Positions 1-11,014 of a stretch of 64,000 nucleotides of DNA are shown here, piece by piece; position 1 is the stretch's first letter; each line of letters begins with the position of its first letter. The stretch comes from an uncultured Cytophagia bacterium (GTDB lineage Bacteria > Zhuqueibacterota > Zhuqueibacteria > Thermofontimicrobiales > Thermofontimicrobiaceae). The position numbers were made by a program, and so were the translations under genes. The notes under the pieces were generated by a model. That model ran no database searches and was not told where the DNA came from. It worked only from the letters and a program-made list of their open reading frames with translations. The stretch lies in contig CAZYNP010000004.1 of the NCBI GenBank assembly GCA_964647995.1, positions 124,422-188,421 of the forward strand, given 5' to 3'.

Positions 1-795
1 GATATTTTTTTGCGCATCCCAGAGCAAGGTAGCCGGATCGACCGGTCGCCCGGCCTCAATGGATTCTCGCTGCCGCTCGATCTCATAGGTCAGAGCTCTG
101 GCGACGCTGCGAAAAGAATTCAGATTCTTGATTTCGGTCCTGCTGCTGGCATGCGCCTGTCCCACCACCGCAAGCGAAATATTGGCATCGCAACGGAGAT
201 GCCCTTGCTCCATATTGCCATCGCAAATCCCCAGATAAATTAGCATCCGGCGCAGCATCTTCAGGTACGCTACCGCTTCCTGTGGCGAACGAAGCTGCGG
301 CTCGCTGACAATTTCCAGCAGCGCCACGCCACAGCGATTCAGATCGATCAGCGTTTGATCCGGCGGCAGCCAATCTTCCTGATGAATCGATTTTCCCGCA
401 TCCTCTTCCAGATGAATGCGCTGAATGGCGATGGTTTTGCGCTCATTTCCAACCTCAAATTCGAACAGCCCCTGTCGACACAGGGGCTGTTCGTATTGGG
501 AGATCTGATAGCCCTTCGGCAAATCCGGGTAAAAATAGTTTTTGCGCACAAAAATGGTCCTCGTGGCAATCTGGCCGCGCGTGGCCAATCCCATTTTGAT
601 GGCCATGGCCACTGCCTGCCGATTCAGCACCGGCAGGGACCCTGGCAAGCCCAGGCAGACGGGGCAAACATGGGTATTGGGCGGAGCACCAAATTCGGCA
701 CCACAAGAACAAAAGATTTTCGATTGGGTTGTCAGTTGCGCGTGAACCTCAAGCCCAATGATCGCTTGCAGAATGCTATTCATGGCGCTATTCAT
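1..795 (-). CDS. gatB: Asp/Glu-tRNA amidotransferase subunit B, N-terminal part; runs off the window start
   Basis: Hand translation of the minus strand from ATG at 795 gives [19 protein letters not shown]...[24 protein letters not shown]...[17 protein letters not shown] with no stop before position 1. These are GatB signature motifs. The ORF is missing from the supplied track because it has no stop inside the window. Confidence 0.85.
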   Translation of the reverse strand, partial: MNSAMNSILQAIIGLEVHAQLTTQSKIFCSCGAEFGAPPNTHVCPVCLGLPGSLPVLNRQAVAMAIKMGLATRGQIATRTIFVRKNYFYPDLPKGYQISQYEQPLCRQGLFEFEVGNERKTIAIQRIHLEEDAGKSIHQEDWLPPDQTLIDLNRCGVALLEIVSEPQLRSPQEAVAYLKMLRRMLIYLGICDGNMEQGHLRCDANISLAVVGQAHASSRTEIKNLNSFRSVARALTYEIERQRESIEAGRPVDPATLLWDAQKNI

Positions 796-953
796 CCCCA
801 ATCACACCAGGCGTTCTGCCCGGCGCTTCGAGGCAAGACGTTGTTCCCCCAGGACGCAAACAATTTGAGCATGGATTTTTGGGCATTGATCGTAACTTGC
901 AATACGTTCAGACAGATGGATTCGAGCAATATTTTCATTTTTGGAGATAAAGT

Positions 954-2417
954 TTAGCGTGATGTAATGCCAGCGTATGCCAGAAGTTTTTCCAGAGAAT
1001 AGCCAACTTGCAAAGCTGTCGCTTCGTGAAATGGTTTGGCTAATAGTTGAATACCAATTGGCAGGTGTTGCGAATCAAATCCAGCCGGCAAAGCCAGCGC
1101 CGGTAATCCCGCCAGGCTTGCCGCTACCGTGTAAACATCCGACAGATACATTACCAGCGGATCAGCCACTTTTTCACCGATCGCGAATGCCGTCGTCGGT
1201 GTCGTCGGCATTAAAAGACAATCGCACAGCTCAAAGGCGCGCCCGAAATCGGACCTGATCAGCGTACGCACTTGCTGGGCCCGACGATAGTAAGCGTCGT
1301 AATATCCGGCTGAAAGAACGTAGGTCCCCCACAAAATTCTTCGCTTCACTTCCTCACCGAACCCCTGGCTGCGACTCTCCGCATACATCTCCTCCCACTG
1401 CGTGGCTGCGGCCGCTCGATGGCCATAGCGCACACCATCATAGCGCGCCAGGTTTGATGAGGCCTCTGCCGTGGCCAGAATATAATAGGCAGCAACCGCA
1501 TACTCGGAGTGCGGCAAAGAAACGGGCACGACAGGGATCCCGGCCGTTTCCAACAATTCGGCACAACACTCAACCCGGGCTCTCACTTCAGCGTTCAAGC
1601 CAGGGCCAAGATATTCCACCGGCAAACCAATTTTGAGCTGACGGATAGGCTCTTTCAGCGCTTCCGTGTAGGCAGGGACAGGTTCAGCGATGGCCGTGGC
1701 GTCGCGCACATCCGGCCCGGCAATGATCTCCAGCACAGCCGCGCTGTCGGCCACGCTGCGCGCCAGAATTCCAATCTGATCGAAGGACGATGCATAGGCC
1801 ACCAGCCCGTAGCGAGAGACACGGCCATAGGTCGGTTTGAATCCCACCAGACCACAAAAGGCCGCTGGCTGCCGGACCGATCCACCGGTATCAGAACCAA
1901 GCGCAGCCAGGGACATCCCTGCAGCCACTGCGGCAGCCGAACCCCCGGACGAGCCACCAGCAACACGCGATAGATCAAATGGATTACACACTGCGCCAAA
2001 ATATGAGTTTTCATTGGAAGAACCCATGCCAAATTCATCCAGGTTGGTTTTGCCAATGATGATGGCGTCGGCAGCCTCCAGACGTTCGATGACCGTGGCC
2101 TGATATGGCGCGATGAAATTGGACAACATTTTTGAGCCACAGGTAGTCCGCTCGCCTTGCACCAGGATATTGTCTTTGACTGCGATCACCAATCCCGCCA
2201 AAGGACCAGCGCGGTTCTGCCGGATTTTTTCATCGATGGCATCGGCTCTGGCCAGTGATTGGATGGCAAAAACAGAAATGAAGGCATTTAACGCGCAGCC
2301 TTCATCTATTCTGGTTAAATAGTGCTCAACTAACTGGCGACAGGTTATCTTCTGCTGCCGTAGCAGGTGTTGAATGGCATGGAAATCCAACGCAGCCAGA
2401 TTCAACCCATGGGTCAC
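954..2417 (-). CDS. gatA: Glu-tRNA(Gln) amidotransferase subunit A
   Basis: The 487-aa ORF carries the amidase signature GGSSGGSAAAVAAG and aligns over its full length with GatA. It sits immediately upstream of gatB. Confidence 0.93.
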   Translation of the reverse strand: MTHGLNLAALDFHAIQHLLRQQKITCRQLVEHYLTRIDEGCALNAFISVFAIQSLARADAIDEKIRQNRAGPLAGLVIAVKDNILVQGERTTCGSKMLSNFIAPYQATVIERLEAADAIIIGKTNLDEFGMGSSNENSYFGAVCNPFDLSRVAGGSSGGSAAAVAAGMSLAALGSDTGGSVRQPAAFCGLVGFKPTYGRVSRYGLVAYASSFDQIGILARSVADSAAVLEIIAGPDVRDATAIAEPVPAYTEALKEPIRQLKIGLPVEYLGPGLNAEVRARVECCAELLETAGIPVVPVSLPHSEYAVAAYYILATAEASSNLARYDGVRYGHRAAAATQWEEMYAESRSQGFGEEVKRRILWGTYVLSAGYYDAYYRRAQQVRTLIRSDFGRAFELCDCLLMPTTPTTAFAIGEKVADPLVMYLSDVYTVAASLAGLPALALPAGFDSQHLPIGIQLLAKPFHEATALQVGYSLEKLLAYAGITSR

Positions 2418-2608
2418 GATTGGGAAATTTCCGTTTTGGAAGTTTCTAATTTTTTGGGTTCTTCCTCATCCACTCCGCGACTGGCGCGTTTGAACTCCCT
2501 AATTCCCTTGCCCAATCCCGATGCCAGCTCGGGCAATTTTTTGGCGCCAAACAGCAGGATAATAATAAAAAAGATGATGAGCAACTCTTGTATGCCTAAT
2601 CCAAACAT
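2414..2608 (-). CDS. tatA: twin-arginine translocase subunit TatA/E
   Basis: 64 aa, MFGLGIQELLIIFFIIILLFGAKKLPELASGLGKGIREFKRA. One N-terminal TM helix, the FGxxKLP hinge and an amphipathic helix. It overlaps the gatA start by 4 nt. Confidence 0.85.
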   Translation of the reverse strand: MFGLGIQELLIIFFIIILLFGAKKLPELASGLGKGIREFKRASRGVDEEEPKKLETSKTEISQS

Positions 2609-2729
2609 TTTTCGCCTCCATAATTTTCAATTAATGCCGTCTGACAAAAGTTACTTGCCAGAGTGGAATCGCCGTCAGACGTGCGTGCCTGCTTTCGTCA
2701 CTGCACGCGGCCGATCAGTGGTCTGCCAA

Positions 2730-2918
2730 TTATCCTTTCAATTGACGATCGATATCATTGAGGTTGATTTCATCCTTGACATCTTCCATGGCTTTCCGAA
2801 ACTGCTGAATCCCTTTGCCGATGCCCCTGGCCAGTTCGGGCAATCGTTTGGAACCAAACAGTAGCAGAATCACAAAAAATATCATAATCAACTCGGGAGT
2901 ACCAATTGCACCAAACAT
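2730..2918 (-). CDS. tatA: twin-arginine translocase subunit TatA/E, second tandem paralog
   Basis: 62 aa, MFGAIGTPELIMIFFVILLLFGSKRLPELARGIGKGIQQFRKA, with the same TatA architecture. Confidence 0.85.
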   Translation of the reverse strand: MFGAIGTPELIMIFFVILLLFGSKRLPELARGIGKGIQQFRKAMEDVKDEINLNDIDRQLKG

Positions 2919-3260
2919 AAACTCTCACCTCGCCAAAAAAATGTACCTTGCATTGTTAATGGGAATGGGATGCAACTCCCGTTCTTCATTGTTGCAATTT
3001 GGTAGCCAACAACAGCAAATAATCGACAGGGAATACTACCTTGCATCCGATTTTGCTTTCGCATTGTTGAGTTGCCAATGCCAGAAAAAGCAACGTCCTT
3101 CACCTGACAATTAGGTTTATCACCAAACCGCCATTGGCCACAGCGCCGGATGGCTTGCACCGCCTTAATGTCCATCAGCGTTGTTAGTTGGGCACGATCT
3201 CAACGAGCCATTTATCCGCCTGGATCGAATTTGCCGGAATTGCTAACGTGCGTTCGGTTG

Positions 3261-3536
3261 TCAAAATCGTTCCCGGTGATACCAGCGCAGCACATAGGCA
3301 GCAAGAGCAATCCCGACCACGCCGATGACATTCAAAATGAATTTGAAACCCAGTGTAAAACTAATAATTCCGAGGTTCAAGGTAAACGGATCAAAGCCGA
3401 TCGTCGCCGATCGCAAGAAAAAATCATGCACCACACCAGCAGGCAGCAGCAGTGCCAACAACTCGGACAATGCCGAACCAATGATGGCGCCAAGAAACAG
3501 AATCACCAGCACGAATGCTAAGGATATTTTGCGCAT
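3261..3536 (-). CDS. small membrane protein, possibly DUF4321-like
   Basis: 91 aa with two predicted TM segments and a C-terminal RWYHRERF. Family assignment is from memory only. Confidence 0.45.
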   Translation of the reverse strand: MRKISLAFVLVILFLGAIIGSALSELLALLLPAGVVHDFFLRSATIGFDPFTLNLGIISFTLGFKFILNVIGVVGIALAAYVLRWYHRERF

Positions 3537-3654
3537 GGTTCAAAACAGGTCCATTTGATTTTGGGATATTGCGCCAATTCTCGAATCCAATATACAGAAA
3601 AAATATGAAAAAGACAATAACTTTTTCATGTCCGGCGATCATTTTGTTTTTCGG

Positions 3655-4353
3655 TCAGCCGCGAATCATGCGAAAGATATATCGCACCACGCCCCACAAA
3701 ATATAAATCGTGCTCAATGGAAAAAATGTCTCCTGAGGGAAGAGCGCGAGAATTATCGTCGCCAAAAACATCAAGCCGATGCCGAAAAGCCGCTTTTTGC
3801 TCTGCCGCAGAGTAAATTTGGGCATGGTGTAATATTCCACGGTGCTGACCATTAGCACGCAAACCAAAAACAACTGGGGAATTAATAAGCGGCTCAATTC
3901 CAATTGGCCCCAAAAATGATAATTCCAGATCACAAACGCCGCGATGTTCAGTGCGGCGTGAGGAATGGGCAAGCCGGTAAATTTCGTCTTTTCTTTGCCC
4001 CCAAACAGGACATTGAATCGGGCCAGACGGACACTCCCAAAAAACAGGGGCAAGAAACTGATGATAATTCCCAGAATGCCCATGGTGCTAAAATGTAACC
4101 TGAACAGCAATACCGAGGGAGCCACTCCAAAGGAAACAACATCCGCCAGCGAATCAAATTCGACACCAAAACTGCTGCTCGATCCCGTCAGTCGAGCCAT
4201 CTGGCCATCCAGTAAGTCCAACACCGCCGCCAGCGAAATCAGCCAACTTGCGGTGACCAATTTGCCATCCAACGCACTAATAATTGCCAGGAAGCCGCAG
4301 AAGATATTCAGGGTAGTAAAAATATTGGGGATGACGCTTTTGCTATTCTTCAT
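3655..4353 (-). CDS. pssA: CDP-diacylglycerol--serine O-phosphatidyltransferase (CDP-alcohol phosphatidyltransferase family)
   Basis: 232-aa polytopic membrane protein with the CDP-alcohol phosphatidyltransferase motif DLLDGQMARLTGSSSSFGVEFDSLAD. Confidence 0.8.
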   Translation of the reverse strand: MKNSKSVIPNIFTTLNIFCGFLAIISALDGKLVTASWLISLAAVLDLLDGQMARLTGSSSSFGVEFDSLADVVSFGVAPSVLLFRLHFSTMGILGIIISFLPLFFGSVRLARFNVLFGGKEKTKFTGLPIPHAALNIAAFVIWNYHFWGQLELSRLLIPQLFLVCVLMVSTVEYYTMPKFTLRQSKKRLFGIGLMFLATIILALFPQETFFPLSTIYILWGVVRYIFRMIRG

Positions 4354-4997
4354 TTCGGTCCATAGGTTCCTATAATGGTTATGCCAGCGGTGACTTTTTG
4401 CTGCAGTTCGATCTGCAATGGCACCGATACCGGCAAAAATAAATCCACCCGCGAGCCAAATTTGATCATGCCAAAGCGTTCGCCAGCCTTGACCTTATGT
4501 CCTTCCCGAAGGTGGCAAACAATCCGCCTGGCAAAAATGCCCGCAATCTGCTTCATGAAAATTTGCACGCTATCGTTTCGAATCCCGATGGCACTCTGTT
4601 CGTTGGAGAAACTGGCCTCGTCTTTGTATGCAGGGTGATAGGTGCCCTGGCGATAATTAAAATAGACCACCTGGCCAGTGATGGGCGCTCGATTGACATG
4701 GACATTGAACGCCGACATGAAAATGCTTACTTGAATCGCCTCCCCCTTAAAAAACTCCGGCTCATTGACCTTTTCAATCACGATAACTTTGCCATCAGCG
4801 GGGGCCAGGATCATGTTAGCACCGGAGGGAATAGTTCGTTGGGGATCTCGAAAGAAATAACCGGAAAACAGGATGAGTGCACCGCACAATGCCACCAGCA
4901 CCCATAGCAGCCCATTATGAGTCAGCGTCGCACCCACCGCCAACACCAGTAGGATCAACAGCAATAAAAGAATAATCGGAATACCTTCTTTTGCCAC
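4350..4997 (-). CDS. psd: phosphatidylserine decarboxylase family protein (short archaeal/Asd-type)
   Basis: 215 aa with an N-terminal TM anchor and the Psd C-terminal GERFGMIKFGSRVDLFLP region. It overlaps the pssA start by 4 nt, consistent with a psd-pssA operon. Confidence 0.8.
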   Translation of the reverse strand: MAKEGIPIILLLLLILLVLAVGATLTHNGLLWVLVALCGALILFSGYFFRDPQRTIPSGANMILAPADGKVIVIEKVNEPEFFKGEAIQVSIFMSAFNVHVNRAPITGQVVYFNYRQGTYHPAYKDEASFSNEQSAIGIRNDSVQIFMKQIAGIFARRIVCHLREGHKVKAGERFGMIKFGSRVDLFLPVSVPLQIELQQKVTAGITIIGTYGPK

Positions 4998-5235
4998 GTC
5001 GACCTCGAATAAATGGTCTGAATACCGCCTGAATAATTTCTAAATCCTGAACGATAATGTCAATGTTGTTTTGCCGCGCAGCGGGCATCGCAGCAACCGC
5101 CAGCCATCAACTTAGCAACCAAAAGCTCGTGCACCATTGCTTTTGAAATTCAACGCCAGATGCGATGCTTTGACTTGTCAGTGTGTTGTTAGATTTGTGC
5201 CGCAGCAACGAATTGGCAAGCCAGCCAGGCAGCGG

Positions 5236-5955
5236 TTATGGCTTCGAAAAAATACGATTTTTGATTTCCTCGTAGTCCAACTCCAGCTCACTCAATTTCT
5301 GCTGGGATCGATCTTTGCCGATCTGAGTCGCCTTCATTGCATCCCAGAGATAGCAGGTAGCTGGCGATAGTTCATCCCCCAACATGATTTTATTCTTGAA
5401 ACGCCCATATTCGATCGTAAAATGTACCAATAGCAATTTGCGCCGCAGAAAGAAAGATTTTAGAATGGCATTGATCTTGGAAGTGAGGCGTTCGATCATG
5501 TGCATCTCATCCGATGTCGCCAGATTGAAGGCGATGATGTGGCTTTGATTGATCATGGGATCGTTTCTTTTCTCATCTTTTAAATAGAACTCCATGACCG
5601 GACAGTTCAATTCTTTGGTGGCATCAATACCGTAACGCTCGTCCAGATTGCCCGCGATCAGGTTGTACATTATCACTTTAATCGGAATCATCTCCAGTTT
5701 CCGCACCAGCAGATCCCTGGCATTGAGACTTTTTATCAAATGCGTCGGGATGTGAAATCCTTCCAGGTAGTCAAACAGATACGCCGATAAGTCTTTATCG
5801 ATGGCACCTCGGCCTTTGGCAGCAGCAGTTTTACCACCTTCAGCCGCTGATGGGTCATCTTTGAATTCCAGAATTAATTGGTCCGCCTCGGTTGTGGCAT
5901 ATAATTTTTTTCTCCGCCCCTCGTGCAATTTTCTCGTCTTTTTCAAGTTGCTCAC
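5236..5955 (-). CDS. purC: phosphoribosylaminoimidazole-succinocarboxamide synthase (SAICAR synthetase)
   Basis: 239 aa, KKLYATTEADQLILEFKDDPSAAEGGK...GKGAIDKDLSAYLFDYLEGFHIPTHLIK, a typical PurC N-terminus. Confidence 0.9.
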   Translation of the reverse strand: MSNLKKTRKLHEGRRKKLYATTEADQLILEFKDDPSAAEGGKTAAAKGRGAIDKDLSAYLFDYLEGFHIPTHLIKSLNARDLLVRKLEMIPIKVIMYNLIAGNLDERYGIDATKELNCPVMEFYLKDEKRNDPMINQSHIIAFNLATSDEMHMIERLTSKINAILKSFFLRRKLLLVHFTIEYGRFKNKIMLGDELSPATCYLWDAMKATQIGKDRSQQKLSELELDYEEIKNRIFSKP

Positions 5956-5987
5956 CCCGCTGATTTTTGGTTAGGAACTCCAGGTTA

Positions 5988-7286
5988 TTATGCTACAATT
6001 CCGACACGCTCGAAGATTTTATCAATATTCCTTAAATGCGTCTTCAGGTCAAAACAGTCATCAATCTCCGCCGGCGTTAATACCTGTGTAATCTCTGGCT
6101 GCATCAGCAGCAGTTGCTTAAACTCCTTGCCGCTCTGCCACACTTCCATGGCACTCTGCTGAACTAATCGATAGGCTGTTTCGCGCAACATCCCTTTGCG
6201 GGTAAGTGCCAGCAATACCATTTGCGAAAAAATCAGCCCTTTCAATTGTGCTAAATTGCGGAGCATGTTGTCAGGATACACCAGCAGCTTGGTAATAATT
6301 TTGGTCAGCCGCTGCAACATGTAATCGATCAAAATGGTGCTATCGGGAATAATAATGCGTTCGACCGACGAGTGCGTAATATCTCGTTCGTGCCACAAAC
6401 TGACATTTTCAAGGCTGGCCAGGGCATTGCTACGCAGAACGCGGGCGAGCCCGCAAAGCTGCTCGCAACTGACCGGATTACGTTTGTGCGGCATGGCTGA
6501 GGAGCCCTTTTGGCCACGGGAGAAAAATTCTTCGACTTCCAGAATTTCGGTACGCTGCAGATTTCGGATTTCCGTGGCAAATTTTTCCACCGAACTGCCA
6601 ATCAACGCCAGGGTGGTGAGGAATTCGGCATACCGATCGCGCTGGATGATCTGTGTGGAGGCCGGAGCTGGTCGCAGCCGCAATCTTTGGCAAACCCGTT
6701 CTTCGATGACGGGATCCAGATGGGCAAAGGTGCCCACGGCGCCGGAGATTTTGCCGACAGCTATCGTCGCCAATGCATGCTGCAGCCGTTCGATGTGCCG
6801 GCCCACCTCATCGTACCAGACCGCCAGCTTCAACCCAAAGGTGGTGGGCTCTGCATGAACACCATGGGAGCGCCCGATGCAGATCGTATATTTATGTTCC
6901 AAAGCTCTCGTTCGAATGGCCGAACGGAGCTGCGCCAGGTCTTCCAGAATAATTTCTCCTGCCTCGCGCAATAACAATGCCATCGCCGTATCCAATAAAT
7001 CCGACGAAGTCATCCCCAGATGGATGTAGCGCGCCGCATCACCAACATATTCGCCCACATTGGTCAAAAACGCGATTACGTCGTGTTTGACCTCCTGTTC
7101 GATCTCCAGAATTCGTTGTTTCTTAAACTGTGCTCGGGTGCGAATTTGTTCCACTGCCGATGCCGGGATGAGACCCAACTCCGCCTGGACTTCACACACG
7201 CAGATTTCGACCTCCAGCCATTTCTGGAATTTATTTTCGTCCGTCCAGAGGGCGGCCATGCGCGGGCAAGAATAGCGCTCGATCAC
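5988..7286 (-). CDS. purB: adenylosuccinate lyase
   Basis: 432 aa showing full-length similarity to PurB (RYSCPRMAALWTDENKFQKWLEVE..., fumarate-lyase fold). Confidence 0.9.
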   Translation of the reverse strand: MIERYSCPRMAALWTDENKFQKWLEVEICVCEVQAELGLIPASAVEQIRTRAQFKKQRILEIEQEVKHDVIAFLTNVGEYVGDAARYIHLGMTSSDLLDTAMALLLREAGEIILEDLAQLRSAIRTRALEHKYTICIGRSHGVHAEPTTFGLKLAVWYDEVGRHIERLQHALATIAVGKISGAVGTFAHLDPVIEERVCQRLRLRPAPASTQIIQRDRYAEFLTTLALIGSSVEKFATEIRNLQRTEILEVEEFFSRGQKGSSAMPHKRNPVSCEQLCGLARVLRSNALASLENVSLWHERDITHSSVERIIIPDSTILIDYMLQRLTKIITKLLVYPDNMLRNLAQLKGLIFSQMVLLALTRKGMLRETAYRLVQQSAMEVWQSGKEFKQLLLMQPEITQVLTPAEIDDCFDLKTHLRNIDKIFERVGIVA

Positions 7287-7295
7287 GACTAAACC

Positions 7296-8501
7296 TCATT
7301 TAAGTTCTTCTAACTGCAATGGTATGTTCAGGTATTTGCCTTTGCGTATAATCTTTAGTGCCAGCACATCCCCACCCTTGGCATCCGTATCTTCGATGAC
7401 CCGCCAGATGTCACGAGTATTCTGAATTACATGATCGTCGATGCCAATGATGACGTCGCCCACCTGCAAATGCGCTCGTGCAGCCGGACTGCGCGATTCG
7501 ATATTCGAAATAATCACACCTTTAGTACTATTCAATCCCAGGTATCGGGCCAGCGAGTAATTCAGGTTCTCCACTTCCAGGCCGGTCCAAAAACGCCGAT
7601 TGACTCCACCGTATTGCCGCAATTCGCTGACTATTTTTTTGGCGCGATTGATGGGGATCGCAAACCCCAGGCCGATATTGGTGGCATTGCTTTCGCTGCC
7701 CGAATAGATAAACGCATTAATGCCAATAACCTCTCCCAGGCTATTTACCAGCGGCCCGCCGCTGTTGCCGGCATTAATTGCCGCGTCGGTTTGGATCATA
7801 TCTTTGTACACGCGGCTGTCGTCCTGTCGCCCAAAATCCCGGTCGGTGGCGCTAATTATGCCTTGCGATACCGAAGGTTGCCCCATGTCAAACAGGCCGA
7901 AAGGATTGCCGATCGCAATCGCCCATTCGCCAATGATCAAATCATCGGAATCCCCCAGCATGGCATACGGCAGTGATTCTTTGGGATTGATCTTCAACAG
8001 TGCAATATCCGAAATATAATCGCTGGCGACCAATTGAGCATTATACTTTTGTCCATTCGGAAGCGTAACCACGATTTCGGTGGCGCGATTGACTACGTGC
8101 TCATTGGTGACAATATATCCATCCGGCGAAATGATGAAACCCGAGCCCAAACCTTTCACCTGTTGCCGTTGTTCCGGAAAGAAAAACCGGAAAAAGTCGT
8201 CATCATAAACCCATTCCGGTGAGCGCGATTCTCTGATCTGCAGCACATTGATTCCCACCACCGCCGGGCTAACTGCTTTGACCGCTTCCGTAATCACCGT
8301 TTGGCGGGAATTGGCTAATTGCTGACTATTCACCTGGCGCATGGCGACAGATCTGGTGGCAGCTTTACCGCTATTGACTTGCGGTGCGCTGCTCCAATAA
8401 AAAACCGGTTCGCGCATCCGATCCAGCCAGTACGACCAGATCAATATGCCCACCGAGGTGCCAACCACAAAAACCAGGAGATATGATAGGAATTTTTTCA
8501 T
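7296..8501 (-). CDS. HtrA/DegP-family serine protease with PDZ domain (catalytically intact)
   Basis: 401 aa with an N-terminal TM/signal, trypsin-like triad motifs TNEHVV (His), DIALLKI (Asp) and GNSGGPLVN (Ser), and a C-terminal PDZ domain. Confidence 0.9.
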   Translation of the reverse strand: MKKFLSYLLVFVVGTSVGILIWSYWLDRMREPVFYWSSAPQVNSGKAATRSVAMRQVNSQQLANSRQTVITEAVKAVSPAVVGINVLQIRESRSPEWVYDDDFFRFFFPEQRQQVKGLGSGFIISPDGYIVTNEHVVNRATEIVVTLPNGQKYNAQLVASDYISDIALLKINPKESLPYAMLGDSDDLIIGEWAIAIGNPFGLFDMGQPSVSQGIISATDRDFGRQDDSRVYKDMIQTDAAINAGNSGGPLVNSLGEVIGINAFIYSGSESNATNIGLGFAIPINRAKKIVSELRQYGGVNRRFWTGLEVENLNYSLARYLGLNSTKGVIISNIESRSPAARAHLQVGDVIIGIDDHVIQNTRDIWRVIEDTDAKGGDVLALKIIRKGKYLNIPLQLEELK

Positions 8502-8595
8502 GGATCACGGTCCTTATCCAACATTTCGTCCATTGATTGCCGCTGAAGAATGGCGGCATCGGCGGCTTCAATTTGACGCATGCCAGCACGCAACG

Positions 8596-9243
8596 TTAGC
8601 GACTCTTGACCTTTTCCCAGTCCTTCAAAAAATTCTGGATGCCAATATCGGTGAGCGGGTGCTTCACCAACTGCTCGATGACTTTGAACGGAATGGTAGC
8701 AATATGCGCGCCAGCCAGCGCCGCTTCGACCACATGCAATGGATTTCGAACACTGGCCACAATAATTTCGGTCTTGAAATCATAGTTCTTGAAAATCGTC
8801 GCAATGTCTCGCACCAAATCCATTCCCCAATCGCTGATATCATCGATTCGGCCCACGAAGGGGCTGACGAAACTGGCGCCGGCTTTAGCCGCCAACAGCG
8901 CCTGCGATGGGCTAAAAATCAGTGTGACATTCACCCGGATCCCTTCCGTTTCCAATTGCTTGATGGCCTTCAAGCCCTCTCGGGTGATGGGGATTTTGAT
9001 TACAATATTCGGATGAATTTTGGCCAATTCGCGACCTTCGCGAATCATTCCTGGCGCATCCAGGCTAACTACTTCTGCGCTAACCGGGCCCTGAACCACG
9101 TCACAAATCGAGCGCAAAATATCCTCGAATTTTCCGGGCACTTTTGAAATCAACGATGGATTGGTAGTAACGCCATCCAAAACACCCAACTCCGCGGCCT
9201 GCTTTATTTCTTGAATATCCGCTGTGTCAATAAAAAACTTCAT
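8596..9243 (-). CDS. fructose-6-phosphate aldolase / transaldolase (TalC/Fsa type)
   Basis: The track ORF 8596..9390 starts inside truA. The internal Met at 9243 ([14 protein letters not shown]...GVTTNPSLI) gives a ~216-aa product of typical Fsa/TalC length. Confidence 0.85.
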   Translation of the reverse strand: MKFFIDTADIQEIKQAAELGVLDGVTTNPSLISKVPGKFEDILRSICDVVQGPVSAEVVSLDAPGMIREGRELAKIHPNIVIKIPITREGLKAIKQLETEGIRVNVTLIFSPSQALLAAKAGASFVSPFVGRIDDISDWGMDLVRDIATIFKNYDFKTEIIVASVRNPLHVVEAALAGAHIATIPFKVIEQLVKHPLTDIGIQNFLKDWEKVKSR

Positions 9244-9268
9244 CGCAACCTCCGGTTTCGGTTCAAAA

Positions 9269-9997
9269 TCAGTAATAGATTCTTTCCAGACACAATCCTT
9301 TCGCCGGAACGGTGGGGCCGGCATTATTTCGATCGCGTGACTCCAGAATACTGGGTATATCGTCGACGGCAGTAAATCCCCGTCCGACATTGATCATCGT
9401 TCCCACAATAATCCGCACCATGTGATGCAAAAAACGATTGGAGACGATATTTAAAATTAATGTAGTTGCCATTTGTTCCCAATCGATCCTTTCAATACAG
9501 CACCGCTGCCCTTCTTGCGGATCATCCACCCGACAAAAAGCCCGAAAATCATGTTCCCCCAATAGATAGTTCGAAGCTTCCTGCATCCGGCCGACATCCA
9601 GCGGCGAACGGTACGTCCAGCAATAAAACCGATTGATCGCTCGTTCCTGCCGGGTAATGGTATAGCTATAATGCCGTCTGATGGCATCAAAGCGCGCATG
9701 AAACGCAAGCGGCATCTCCGCAGCCGATAGGATTCTAATGTCGCGCGGCAGATTGCCATTCAGCGCGGCCATGATTTTTTCGGGCGGCATGGGGTGGTCG
9801 AGCCTGAAATTAGCCACCTGCCCCCGGGCGTGAACACCGGTATCGGTTCGGCCTGCGCCAATGACGGCAATATCGCTGCGGAAGATCTTTTTTAGAACAT
9901 CCTGCAAATCGCCCTGAATTGTGCGCAATCCCGGTTGGTATTGCCAGCCGTGGAAATTAGTACCATCGTATTCGAGCAGCAGTTTGATATTTCGCAT
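9269..9997 (-). CDS. truA: tRNA pseudouridine(38-40) synthase
   Basis: 242 aa, [23 protein letters not shown]...[18 protein letters not shown], with the catalytic-Asp region typical of TruA. Confidence 0.9.
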   Translation of the reverse strand: MRNIKLLLEYDGTNFHGWQYQPGLRTIQGDLQDVLKKIFRSDIAVIGAGRTDTGVHARGQVANFRLDHPMPPEKIMAALNGNLPRDIRILSAAEMPLAFHARFDAIRRHYSYTITRQERAINRFYCWTYRSPLDVGRMQEASNYLLGEHDFRAFCRVDDPQEGQRCCIERIDWEQMATTLILNIVSNRFLHHMVRIIVGTMINVGRGFTAVDDIPSILESRDRNNAGPTVPAKGLCLERIYY

Positions 9998-10018
9998 GGC
10001 GCCAGTTGCTACTGATTA

Positions 10019-10867
10019 CTAAAAGTAAATGAACAAAAACGTTAAGCCCAGCGCGCTGGCCAGGAAATAATAATCCTCGCGGCCGAACGCCAACGCCTGG
10101 TAATTGGTTCGGCCCTGACCCCCGTTGTAGCAGCGCGCATCCATGGCCAGGGCCAGTTCATCGGCACGCCGAAACACGGATAGGAACAGCGGGAGCATCA
10201 ACGGAATCACGCTCTTTATTCGCCGAATGATATTTCCTTCGAACGTTGCGCCTCGAGAGATCTGAGCCTTCTGAATCTTATCGGCCTCCTCGATCAGGGT
10301 CGGAATAAAGCGCAGCGACAGGGTCATCATCATGGTTATTTCATGCGTTGCCAGGCCCCATCTTTTTTGTAGTGGCCGCAAAAAACGATCCAACGCATCA
10401 GTAATCTCCATGGGTGAAGTGGTCAGTGTTAAAATTGCCGCCAACAGAATTAAAATTACCAGCCGAATAGAATAGAGGGTGCCGTTCAGCAAGCCACGGC
10501 TGGATATGCCAATCCCCACATACGGAATGGTGATAATTTTCGAATCCTGATCACTCAAAAACAGGTGTAGCCCGATGGTCAACAATAGTAGCCATAAAAA
10601 CGGGCGCAGATTTTTCAGCACCAGCATCAGGGGCAAATGAGCCATGCCGATCAGCGCCAGAATGATTATCAGCGAAACCAGTAGCTTAATAATGCTGTGG
10701 GTAGCCACGAACAACATCATGGCGACCAGGATTACCAAGATTTTGGTGCGTGGATCCAGGCGATGCACGAATGAATCGACCGGGTAATATTGCCCCAGAG
10801 TAATGTTGTTTAAAATGGCCATGTTATCTTTTAAGTATTGGGCGGAATATACGGATTTTTTTTGCAA
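10019..10867 (-). CDS. ecfT: energy-coupling factor transporter transmembrane component (EcfT/CbiQ family)
   Basis: 282-aa polytopic membrane protein with a conserved GQYYPxDSFVHRLDPRTKI N-terminus and the A-x3-RG loop (ISRGATFEG) of ECF T components. It lies adjacent to truA, as is common. No ecfA genes are in the window. Confidence 0.7.
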   Translation of the reverse strand: MQKKSVYSAQYLKDNMAILNNITLGQYYPVDSFVHRLDPRTKILVILVAMMLFVATHSIIKLLVSLIIILALIGMAHLPLMLVLKNLRPFLWLLLLTIGLHLFLSDQDSKIITIPYVGIGISSRGLLNGTLYSIRLVILILLAAILTLTTSPMEITDALDRFLRPLQKRWGLATHEITMMMTLSLRFIPTLIEEADKIQKAQISRGATFEGNIIRRIKSVIPLMLPLFLSVFRRADELALAMDARCYNGGQGRTNYQALAFGREDYYFLASALGLTFLFIYF

Positions 10868-11014
10868 AATGCAAGCCCTGTGGTTGGCAATATTTCCGCT
10901 GAATTATTTTTTTCTTGACATTTTGCCGTTTTTATTTTATTTTGCATGGCAACTAATTCGCGTAGATTTCGAAAACTGGTTTATCACATCGATTCTTAAG
11001 GAGTAGGAGGAAGC

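Noticed and set aside
355-957. 200-aa plus-strand ORF in the supplied track
   Set aside because: It is the antisense frame of gatB. The minus strand here translates cleanly into GatB with signature motifs. That ORF is absent from the track only because it has no stop inside the window.
8596-9390. 264-aa version of the transaldolase ORF with a 49-aa N-terminal extension
   Set aside because: The extension overlaps the truA coding region by ~120 nt. An internal Met gives a canonical ~216-aa Fsa/TalC.
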